Part shown: one piece after another, positions 21,000 through 29,508 of the stretch
Layout of the letters: every line of letters begins with the position of its first letter
Position numbering within the stretch: the stretch's first letter is position 1
Virus record (IMG/VR): IMGVR_UViG_3300023184_000125
Span: 1 to 62,370 of that record
Direction: 5' to 3' (one strand)
DNA length: 62,370 nucleotides
DNA from: a virus
Lineage: Duplodnaviria; Caudoviricetes
The notes under the pieces: generated by a model
Databases searched by the model: none
Seen by the model: the letters and a program-made list of their open reading frames with translations, nothing else
What the model was told of the DNA's origin: nothing
Made by a program: the position numbers and the translations under genes

Positions 21000-21006
21000 T
21001 AGGTAT

Positions 21007-21014
21007 TATAAATA
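21007..21014 (+). promoter_or_regulatory. T4-type late promoter TATAAATA
   Basis: Exact T4 late consensus 8 nt before the ATG at 21023. Confidence 0.65.
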
Positions 21015-21022
21015 TTTATAAC

Positions 21023-21442
21023 ATGGGACGTAAGAAAAAAGAGGAAATTGAAAAAATTGATTTATCACATCTCGATACTAAAGATGTCGTAGTTGATGCT
21101 TCATTTTATAAAGGAAATGAAAATTTATTAAAGGGTAATACTCAAATTAAGTGGACCCCCGAAATGATTGATGAATTTGAAAAATGTGCAAAAAATATTT
21201 TACAATTTTCTGAAAATTATTTTTTTATTAATACTATAGATGATGGAAAAAAGAAAATAGAATTATATAAATATCAAAAAAAATTATTAAGAGCGTTTAG
21301 AGATAACCGTTTTAATATTATTTTGAGTTCTCGCCAATCGGGTAAGTGCCTTACATTTAACACTTTAATAAAAATAAAAAACAAAATAACAGGTGAAATA
21401 GAAGAAATTACAATAGGAGAGTTTTATAATAAATTTAATTAA
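21023..21442 (+). CDS. Terminase large subunit N-terminal part fused to a 31-aa split intein N fragment
   Basis: gp17-like YKGNENL..WTPEMI.EF.KC, LYKYQ, SRQSGK, then CLTFNTLI...TIGEFYNKFN stop. Confidence 0.92.
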   Translation: MGRKKKEEIEKIDLSHLDTKDVVVDASFYKGNENLLKGNTQIKWTPEMIDEFEKCAKNILQFSENYFFINTIDDGKKKIELYKYQKKLLRAFRDNRFNIILSSRQSGKCLTFNTLIKIKNKITGEIEEITIGEFYNKFN

Positions 21443-21832
21443 AAACAATTCAAACGTGTTTGGATTTCTTAAAAAATGAATAAAAAAGAAAAAATAATAA
21501 AGTCTTATGATATTTCTGATTATGAGATAATGACAGATGATGGTTGGAAGGATATAACTCATGTACATAAAACGATTCCATTTGATATATGGCATTTAGA
21601 AACCGAAAGTGGATTATTTATTGATTGTGCGGACGAACATATCGTTATAGATGAATTTGGAAAGTCTGTATATGTTCAAGATTTAACAATTGGCGATAAG
21701 ATAAAAACAATTAATGGTATAGAAAAAGTAAAACATGTATTCAAAACAGATTCTTTACCAGTAAATATGTATGATGTAACAGTAGATAGTAGTAATCATA
21801 CTTTTTATAGTAATGGTATTCTATCACATAAC
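21347..21832 (+). mobile_element. Atypically split intein (IntN 21347-21439, IntC 21476-21832)
   Basis: Block A Cys1 follows Walker A GK. Block B (CADEH), block F (MYDVTV..HTFYSNG) and block G (SHN/T) are all in the second gene. Confidence 0.92.
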
Positions 21833-23374
21833 ACTACAACGATAACTATTTATGCGTTATGGATTGTTTGTTTTCAGGCGGATAAGAGAATTACTATTGT
21901 TGCTAATAAAGAATCGACAGCAAAAGAAATCTTTTCTAGAATAAGAATGTCGTTTGAAGAACTTCCCGTTTGGATGAAGCCAAGTGTAAAGTCTTGGAGA
22001 AAGGATGGATTTCAATTAGGAAACGATTCTGAAATAAAGGTTAGTACATCTTCTTCATCCGGTCCGAGAGGTAGCACATCAAATCTTTTGATCATTGATG
22101 AAATGGCCCACTGTCCAAATGAGGTTATGCAAGAACTTTGGAAGAGTGCTATTCCGATTATTTCGTCTTCTAAGAAATCTCAAATTGTTGTTATATCTAC
22201 TCCTAACGGAACTGATAATAAATTTTACGAATTATATAAAGAATCACAAAAAGAAAAAAGTTCTTGGCATTTAGAAACTGTTAACTGGGATGATGTTCCA
22301 GGTAGAGATGAAGAATGGAAAAGAGAAACTTTAAGTCTTCTTAATAATAATATAGATGATTTCGAGCAAGAATATTGTAATAGATTCCATGCGCCGGGCA
22401 AAACTGCGATTGATGCTGATCTTTTAAAATCTTTACAAGCCCAATGCAAGGAACCCATATATGTTATGGAAGATGGGGCGTATAAAATATATAATACACC
22501 GTCTCCTGATGGAGTATATGTAGTTGGTGTTGATGTTGGCGAGGGTATAGGTAGAAGTAATACGGTAGCACAAATATTAAATATAGCAGATTTAACTAAA
22601 ATAGAACAAGTGGCTGTATTTGCATCTAATACGATAAGCCCATATCATTTCGGGACTCGTCTAATGGGTATTTTAGAAGACTGGGGTAGACCTCCAGTAT
22701 TAGTTGAAAACAATAACAATGGTCAACAGGTACTCGATGTATTACATCACACTCATAACTATGAAACTATAGTTTCTTATGATATTCAAGGAAGTAAATT
22801 TTATAATAAAGAAAATAGATTAGGTATATATAATCATACAAATACAAAATATAAAGGAGTCGTTAACTTTAGATATTGGTCTAACAGTTTAAATGCCGTA
22901 AAATATAATGATTTAGATACTTTATTAGAATTAGAAACTTTTGTTAAACTTCCTAATTTTACATTTAGTAAAAGAAAAGATACCGATAAAGATGATAGAG
23001 TTATGTCTATGATATGGGCATTATTCATATTAGATCCATCTGTAGCTGAAAAATATTATGCTATCGGTGATATTGATGATCAGGGTCGCCCATTAAAAAT
23101 TACACCATTAAATAATAATTCAGAGTTAATTAAAAAGAGTCCATTATTTGAAGGTAAAACTTCTCAATTTAAAAGAACTACAGCAACCCATAGACCTACA
23201 TATTCTCATGTTGGAAAATTCGATGCGGAAACAGTAAATACAAATACGGAAGATCAAGAAGATTTGATGGTATGGCTTTCTGGGTGGGGTCAAAAACAAA
23301 CACCAAAAAAAGAAGAACGGAAAGATGAAGAAACGGTAAATATAAATGAAACATTTTTTCCAATTGTATTCTAA
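21476..23374 (+). CDS. 119-aa split intein C fragment fused to the terminase large subunit C-terminal part
   Basis: SHN|TTT, VANK, Walker B IIDEMAH, ISTPNG, FEQEY, nuclease GVDVGEG, VENN, DDRVMS. Confidence 0.95.
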   Translation: MNKKEKIIKSYDISDYEIMTDDGWKDITHVHKTIPFDIWHLETESGLFIDCADEHIVIDEFGKSVYVQDLTIGDKIKTINGIEKVKHVFKTDSLPVNMYDVTVDSSNHTFYSNGILSHNTTTITIYALWIVCFQADKRITIVANKESTAKEIFSRIRMSFEELPVWMKPSVKSWRKDGFQLGNDSEIKVSTSSSSGPRGSTSNLLIIDEMAHCPNEVMQELWKSAIPIISSSKKSQIVVISTPNGTDNKFYELYKESQKEKSSWHLETVNWDDVPGRDEEWKRETLSLLNNNIDDFEQEYCNRFHAPGKTAIDADLLKSLQAQCKEPIYVMEDGAYKIYNTPSPDGVYVVGVDVGEGIGRSNTVAQILNIADLTKIEQVAVFASNTISPYHFGTRLMGILEDWGRPPVLVENNNNGQQVLDVLHHTHNYETIVSYDIQGSKFYNKENRLGIYNHTNTKYKGVVNFRYWSNSLNAVKYNDLDTLLELETFVKLPNFTFSKRKDTDKDDRVMSMIWALFILDPSVAEKYYAIGDIDDQGRPLKITPLNNNSELIKKSPLFEGKTSQFKRTTATHRPTYSHVGKFDAETVNTNTEDQEDLMVWLSGWGQKQTPKKEERKDEETVNINETFFPIVF

Positions 23375-23379
23375 TATAT

Positions 23380-23991
23380 ATGTATCAATCATCACTTAAT
23401 AGATCTAGAAATGACAAATATCTTTTAATAATAGATATACCAAAAGCTTTGAAGGATAAAGAGGATTGTGATAATCATAAAAAAATAACAGCAGATCCAT
23501 TGCAAGTTACGATTTTTGGATCTCCGGTTCCTGATATAAAAGTACCGGATATTGAAATTCCATATTCTGGACAAGTATATAGAACATCATCTTTTCATAG
23601 ACCCGCATATACACCACTTAATGTAAAATTTTTAGTCGATAATTCTTATTATAATTATTGGTTAATTTGGAATTGGATAAATTTATTTAATGATTATAAG
23701 ATGGGGGGTAGTGATATTAATCAAGCTATTAATATACCAGTTTTAAAGAATCAAACTCCGGAGTTGGGTTCGCCGATGACGGATTTTACGTCGAGGTTTT
23801 CTATATTCGCTATGGACGAGTATAATAATAAAATAATATCATTTGATTATACTAATGTATTCCCCACTTCTTTAGGCGAATTGAATTTTTCAAATAGAGA
23901 AGGTAATGAAATAGTATGTAATGCTACATTTTCATTTAATCAATTACATGTTAATAGGTTAATGGATCCTAATACCGAAAATTGTTCTTAA
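23380..23991 (+). CDS. Tail completion/terminator protein (gp3-like tube fold)
   Basis: VP.I, YTPL.VKFLVD, NY..IWNWI, FPTSLGELNFS, ATFSF. Confidence 0.7.
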   Translation: MYQSSLNRSRNDKYLLIIDIPKALKDKEDCDNHKKITADPLQVTIFGSPVPDIKVPDIEIPYSGQVYRTSSFHRPAYTPLNVKFLVDNSYYNYWLIWNWINLFNDYKMGGSDINQAINIPVLKNQTPELGSPMTDFTSRFSIFAMDEYNNKIISFDYTNVFPTSLGELNFSNREGNEIVCNATFSFNQLHVNRLMDPNTENCS

Positions 23992-23992
23992 T

Positions 23993-25582
23993 ATGGCTTT
24001 AAAACAAATAAATAAAGGGTTCGTTCATCAAATAAAAACCGAACAATATGTAATAGAAATATATTTTTATAATTCAATAGATGAACCAAAAGCGATACCA
24101 TTTTTTATGGTTGATTCATTAACCATAAACGAAAGTTTAATAAATTGGTGGGTTACTGGAAATATAGTATTAAATAATAATTTCGAAATAACACAGAGAG
24201 ACTTTAAACCAAAAAATTCCTTTTTTCAAAATAACAAAGAACAAAAACATATTTTTATTGATAGAACCGATGGTAGAAATAAAATAAGCATACGAATAAT
24301 TCCATTGGATGTAGATGGAAATGAATATGAAGATAAACAAAAATGGGAAATGTCTTATGATTTAATTGTATATGATATTGAAGATCTGCCATCCGAAAAT
24401 ATTCAAAATAAATTAAAACGGTATTATTTTATAGATGAAAGATATCAATTATTTTTAGAGAAACATATAGAATGGTCAACTGCTACCGCAGTTTTAAATA
24501 TGGATGGTTCTGAAGTTACGAGAGAAATGTTTCAAAAAGATGACACTTTACGCAATTTAAACCCAAATATAGCATTAGCCGAATTAATCAGATATGCATC
24601 AAAAAATATTGATGGGTCAAATATAAAAGTTGGTTTTGATGAAAATTCTTCTATTGATAAACCAAATATTGATATGGGTCTGATTGGTGGATGGAATACT
24701 GGATCTGAAAATGCAACTGATATATTTTTCACGTCTCCCGCTTTTCATAATGTTATAGATAGTATGAATTTTTTATTATCTAGATGTGTGGGTGATAATG
24801 ATGATCCTGTATTTTTAGAATTTGGAAGAAATACTTTAGATAAAAGATTTGAATTATTATCATTAGCTGATATTTTTAAAAATTCAAAAAATCAAATTGA
24901 AAGATTGATATTAGATGATAATACAGTACATGAACCACCCCCACACATACCTCATGCATTTTTAGATGATCAAAAAGACGAACGAACTGGTAATAATTAT
25001 AATTCCGCATATTCAAGAATAACAAAATATAAATTTTCACCAATGGCTCCTATTGATGATATGAAAATAGTAAATTCACCATTACATTATTTTGATGCTG
25101 CTAATGGACAATTTAATATAATATATGAAAAAAATTCGGTTAAAGATGTTATGAAAAAAATAAAAGATATATCGGAAACTCGTTTATTTACATTTTCAAA
25201 ATCAAAAGATTATGAACCCCATCTATTAACAAATTTAAATCAGACAAAACTAAAAGGATTGATGATAGATAATAAATTTTTAGCGGATCCATATGTAAAT
25301 GAAATATTACCATCGGTACAAATGATGAGAGATTTTTTATTTTTAAATCAAACTTTATCTTTTCAACAAAAAGGTCTTACTTTAAGAACTCCTGGGAAAT
25401 TTATATTCGTTGATAGTATTATATCCGGAGATATGAATCCGTTTAATAATAGATTTTTAGGTCAGTGGTTGATTAGTTCAGTAACTCATCTTTTTACTAA
25501 CAATGATTATGTAACTGAAGTAGTAGCAAATAAAATTGATACTTTTTCTAAGATTTGGGACGTTGAAGATAAAAAGATGTAA
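23993..25582 (+). CDS. Baseplate hub protein (gp27-like)
   Basis: L.I.ESL..WW.TG at the N-terminus; G...R.PGKFI and GQWLISSVTHLF at the C-terminus. Confidence 0.6.
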   Translation: MALKQINKGFVHQIKTEQYVIEIYFYNSIDEPKAIPFFMVDSLTINESLINWWVTGNIVLNNNFEITQRDFKPKNSFFQNNKEQKHIFIDRTDGRNKISIRIIPLDVDGNEYEDKQKWEMSYDLIVYDIEDLPSENIQNKLKRYYFIDERYQLFLEKHIEWSTATAVLNMDGSEVTREMFQKDDTLRNLNPNIALAELIRYASKNIDGSNIKVGFDENSSIDKPNIDMGLIGGWNTGSENATDIFFTSPAFHNVIDSMNFLLSRCVGDNDDPVFLEFGRNTLDKRFELLSLADIFKNSKNQIERLILDDNTVHEPPPHIPHAFLDDQKDERTGNNYNSAYSRITKYKFSPMAPIDDMKIVNSPLHYFDAANGQFNIIYEKNSVKDVMKKIKDISETRLFTFSKSKDYEPHLLTNLNQTKLKGLMIDNKFLADPYVNEILPSVQMMRDFLFLNQTLSFQQKGLTLRTPGKFIFVDSIISGDMNPFNNRFLGQWLISSVTHLFTNNDYVTEVVANKIDTFSKIWDVEDKKM

Positions 25583-25594
25583 ATAAATATTATT

Positions 25595-25903
25595 ATGAAT
25601 AGTAACCATCTTAAGAAAATGATACAGGAAAATAAAATTAGAAATTTAGAATCTTCTAATAAGAGATTACCATCCGCATTTCAAATGTCTAAAAATTTAG
25701 GTTCTGATATTATAAAAAATATAACCAGTGTTGCTCGCGGAAATCCAATAAATGCCGAAAATTCTGAAATAGATAAAAGAAAATCTATTTGTAATTCGTG
25801 TGATTTTTTTATAAAAGATTCTCAAAAATGTTCAAGGTGTGGTTGTAATATGGCGGTAAAAACATATCTTAAAGCATCAAGCTGTCCGGTTGGTAAATGG
25901 TAA
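25595..25903 (+). CDS. Small Cys-rich metal-binding protein
   Basis: R..ICNSC...CSRCGC...K......CPVGKW. Confidence 0.7.
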   Translation: MNSNHLKKMIQENKIRNLESSNKRLPSAFQMSKNLGSDIIKNITSVARGNPINAENSEIDKRKSICNSCDFFIKDSQKCSRCGCNMAVKTYLKASSCPVGKW

Positions 25904-26470
25904 ATTATTCAAATACATATTTCCTATTTGTTTCGCTGTTTTATTTATTTCTTGTAAATCTATTGGATTTTTTTCATTTAAAGTTGACCATTTTAGGTTA
26001 AAATCTGATTGTTTTTTTATAACTTTATTGTTAACTTTTTCAGTTTCGTTTGCATCCGGAACGTATTTATGTGTTATGAAAATTAAAAACCCATTTTCTT
26101 CATTTTTAATCCAATGTAATTCATCTTCATCATATTCCGCATATCTTACATCTGGAATTATTAAAATTTTATTATGATCATTTTTAAATTTTTCTATAAA
26201 ATATCTACCTTTAGATTGATTTCTCATCAATTTACCATATTCAACTAATAGTGGTCGTATGATATTTTTTTTATATGAATCATCAGTAAACGTATCTATA
26301 TTAACTTTTGTTTTAATTAGTTTTTTTAAATCTTTTTTTATAGTATCTCCCGCTAATGATCTTCTTTCTGCTATAATATTTTTGGTTTTAAAAAATCTAA
26401 TTAATGCTTGGCATAGAGTATCTTTTCCTGATCTGGCGGCTCCAGAAATTCCTATTATTGGATAATTCAT
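25877..26470 (-). CDS. Deoxynucleoside monophosphate kinase (T4 gp1-like)
   Basis: IIGISGAARSGKDT, RPLLVEYG..MR, IPDVRY..E; start reassigned to MNYPIIG. Confidence 0.8.
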   Translation of the reverse strand: MNYPIIGISGAARSGKDTLCQALIRFFKTKNIIAERRSLAGDTIKKDLKKLIKTKVNIDTFTDDSYKKNIIRPLLVEYGKLMRNQSKGRYFIEKFKNDHNKILIIPDVRYAEYDEDELHWIKNEENGFLIFITHKYVPDANETEKVNNKVIKKQSDFNLKWSTLNEKNPIDLQEINKTAKQIGNMYLNNLPFTNRTA

Positions 26471-26555
26471 CTGAAGAACTATTTTACTATATAATATGAT
26501 TATTTCAATATGATAATGAAAATTCGTGATATTTTGATAAGTTTTTATATAACCT

Positions 26556-28271
26556 ATGGCAACAGATTTCACATTAAATAGAATTGCTGACGATTTAGCT
26601 GGAGAATTGCCAACAGGAATGCCCCCGATCGCTGATAACAACGTATTGTTCGCTCCTGTTACTATTCCACCACCTCCATCAATATCAAATCCATCTATTC
26701 AGTCTCAGATAAACTCTAGCGCAAAGATTATTAATATACCCGATGTTAATCGGCCATTAGATGATACACCATCAACAGTACCTCAAGACGCAACTAAACC
26801 TACAAAATTACCTGGAGTTCCGTCAAATAGAGTATTACCACCAACATCAAAAACACCACAAACTATAAAAGATCTAGAAGAACTTAAAACTATCATACAG
26901 GAATTAGAAATACAAACAAATTTAAATCTTTTACCTTATTTTTTATTTGGTGGTGAATTAGCTCGAATAAAACATCAGTTTTCGGATTTAAATATAAATA
27001 AATATTTTTTATTACTTAAATTATTAGTTGAGGGGTTTGATAATACTGAAATGTCAGCACAAATAGGTAAAGATCATGCGAAGTATGTAATTGATGATAA
27101 CTTTATAAAAGATTTTCAGCGGATGATAAAAATACCACAACTTTCTGAAATTTTAAAGAAAACACCCGCATATGCGAAAGGATGTTTTGATGGTATTGGA
27201 CAATTGGGAAATATAGAAGCTAATGGCGATAGAAGAGAAAATAATGCAATGTCAGGACCCAATAGATTTACACCTAGCTTGGTTACTAACGCTATGGAAA
27301 AAATATTGCCGGGTTCAGTGAATAACATTGAAAGTCTTTGTAATAAAATAAGAACGCGCGCTTATTTATCTATGCCTTCTGGTGCTTTTGGTTCCATACG
27401 AAGAGTTATAAATATAATAAATGGTGTAACTGTAATGATTAATACAATGCTTAATGATTTCTATAAAAAGATGAACGAATATATACGAAAAGCTTATGCT
27501 ATTATAAATAATGAAATCGAAAAAATTAAACGATTTCTTTTTAATCAAATTAATAAAATAATTCCATTAGATTTTGTATGTTTAATATTAGATACTATTC
27601 AAGTTATGTTAGACGATATAAATTTCTTTTGTTCGTTATTTAATGCATCCGGTACATGGCTGAATTATCTAAATACAATACAGACATATGTTAATACTAT
27701 ATCTGATTTTGTACAAGATCCTTTTGATGCCGCATTTGATTATCTACCACCAGAAGTTTCTACATATTACAAATCGTTTAAAGCTATAGGTAAAAATCCC
27801 GAAGAATTTATATCAGATCAATTAACAAATCACGGACTTTCATATATAAACACCGCACTACAGGGAGATATCGTCGGGGCTATGATGGAAAAATATGGTA
27901 ATAGATATTCAGCAAACGGAACATCATTATCTATTGTTATGAGTAAGGCAAAAGCTATATGGGAAAGATATAGTGCTGATGGTTCTACATTACCGGATAT
28001 TGAAGACGTGGGCGATTTAATGGATTCCAATTACTATAATGGTGGTACAGTAGATGCATTGGGAAATCCAAAAGATCCATATGATATCGTTGCTAATCTT
28101 AAACAAAACTTTAAAACTATATCAATGGAAGTAAGTGGTCTTAAAACTGATCTACCAAAAGACTTAGGTAAAGTTGGTGATTTTTTCAATTCACTAAATC
28201 CTTTCAAAGATAAAGATGACGGATTAACTGATACCCCAAATCCAAATCAACAAAAATTACCAGCCACATAA
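26556..28271 (+). CDS. Hypothetical protein, probably virion/baseplate-associated
   Basis: 571-aa ORF with a Pro-rich N-terminus and helical body, directly upstream of the gp5-like genes. Confidence 0.6.
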   Translation: MATDFTLNRIADDLAGELPTGMPPIADNNVLFAPVTIPPPPSISNPSIQSQINSSAKIINIPDVNRPLDDTPSTVPQDATKPTKLPGVPSNRVLPPTSKTPQTIKDLEELKTIIQELEIQTNLNLLPYFLFGGELARIKHQFSDLNINKYFLLLKLLVEGFDNTEMSAQIGKDHAKYVIDDNFIKDFQRMIKIPQLSEILKKTPAYAKGCFDGIGQLGNIEANGDRRENNAMSGPNRFTPSLVTNAMEKILPGSVNNIESLCNKIRTRAYLSMPSGAFGSIRRVINIINGVTVMINTMLNDFYKKMNEYIRKAYAIINNEIEKIKRFLFNQINKIIPLDFVCLILDTIQVMLDDINFFCSLFNASGTWLNYLNTIQTYVNTISDFVQDPFDAAFDYLPPEVSTYYKSFKAIGKNPEEFISDQLTNHGLSYINTALQGDIVGAMMEKYGNRYSANGTSLSIVMSKAKAIWERYSADGSTLPDIEDVGDLMDSNYYNGGTVDALGNPKDPYDIVANLKQNFKTISMEVSGLKTDLPKDLGKVGDFFNSLNPFKDKDDGLTDTPNPNQQKLPAT

Positions 28272-28274
28272 TAT

Positions 28275-29474
28275 ATGCTAAGTAATATTTATATAGGGCT
28301 AGTGGTAAACAATAAAGACCCAAGAAAAAAAGGTAGAGTACAAGTTTTCATACCTCATATAACAAATAATTTATATACGGGATGGAATGATAATAATGAA
28401 AATATAAAATTTAGAACATTAGATTCGTCAGTTTTTACGCCAGAAATAACTCAAAGATTGATTGATGTTTTACCTTGGGCTGAAGTATCAATGCCATTTT
28501 TTGGTGGTGGTACGGGAGCGCCTGTAAATGCAGGAACTGGTGAGGCAACTCCAACTCCTACTTATATGACAACAGCTGGTACTAGTAGTGGTGATAATGT
28601 TTTACCGACAGTAGTTACATTTGTTGAAGGAAATGGATTAAATAATAAAGATGCGGAGGTAACTACCGTAAAAATAAATAACCAAAAAGTAGATATTAAT
28701 AATCCAAATCCATATGGATTGAGTGATGAAGAAATATTGTATATGATGAGAATTGCGGCTAATGAAACTGGAGCGGGAACGGCATCGGCAAACTATGTTT
28801 ATAACGAAATATCAAATTATGATAAAGCAGTTAAATATTCGGGTAAAAATGCGAAAAATGTAGACGGAAGTGTTAACCTTCAGGGAGTCGATATTGGATT
28901 CGCTCAAAATAATGGTGAAAACGTGAAAGACTTTGGTTTTGTTAATTCTGGTAGTTATTATGATCAAATCACGGGTAGTGCTTTAGCATTAAGATCTTAT
29001 TTAAAAGCTAGACCAAAAGATGGTAATCGGATATCGGCTGCTATTAAATCTAAAGACTTTGCAACCGCAGATCAATTGTTAAGTAATTTTTATAAGGCTT
29101 TAAATAAAGAAAAAGAAAATTACAAAAATGCTGCGATGTTAGAAGAAAAAATTAAAACAAAATATAATGGAAGTGTTATCGCTGCTTTAAAGGGTATTGA
29201 TGGCGAATTAAAACCTACGGGTGATATAAATCAAATAGCATCAACGGCCGGAGTATCGGATAATATAGTATCATCTGGCATTAAAGTTTTAAAACCATGT
29301 TCGGATTTAAATGGTAATATGATGGATGGAGTAGTTGAGGTTTCAAATAGAGGAACATCTATGGGTATATCCAGTGTGCCACATATCGGATCTAAAGCTT
29401 ATGTTATGTTTTTAGATGGAAATCATTTACAACCAATAGTAATAGGTTGTTTTAGAGAACCATCAAATGGATAA
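28275..29474 (+). CDS. gp5/VgrG-like OB-fold baseplate protein with an inserted lysozyme-like domain
   Basis: YIGLVVNNKDP..KGRVQV and LPWA...P at the N-terminus; P.IGS..YVMFLDGN..QP.VIG at the C-terminus; the middle contains IAANETG and IGFAQ. Confidence 0.75.
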   Translation: MLSNIYIGLVVNNKDPRKKGRVQVFIPHITNNLYTGWNDNNENIKFRTLDSSVFTPEITQRLIDVLPWAEVSMPFFGGGTGAPVNAGTGEATPTPTYMTTAGTSSGDNVLPTVVTFVEGNGLNNKDAEVTTVKINNQKVDINNPNPYGLSDEEILYMMRIAANETGAGTASANYVYNEISNYDKAVKYSGKNAKNVDGSVNLQGVDIGFAQNNGENVKDFGFVNSGSYYDQITGSALALRSYLKARPKDGNRISAAIKSKDFATADQLLSNFYKALNKEKENYKNAAMLEEKIKTKYNGSVIAALKGIDGELKPTGDINQIASTAGVSDNIVSSGIKVLKPCSDLNGNMMDGVVEVSNRGTSMGISSVPHIGSKAYVMFLDGNHLQPIVIGCFREPSNG

Positions 29475-29508
29475 TTTGTATTATACTATATATTAAATAA
29501 ATAATAAT

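Noticed and set aside
21440-21475. Terminase break as a sequencing error, pseudogene or stop-codon recoding
   Set aside because: There are two in-frame stops, the break falls right after intein block A and a new ATG follows. All other genes read normally in the standard code.
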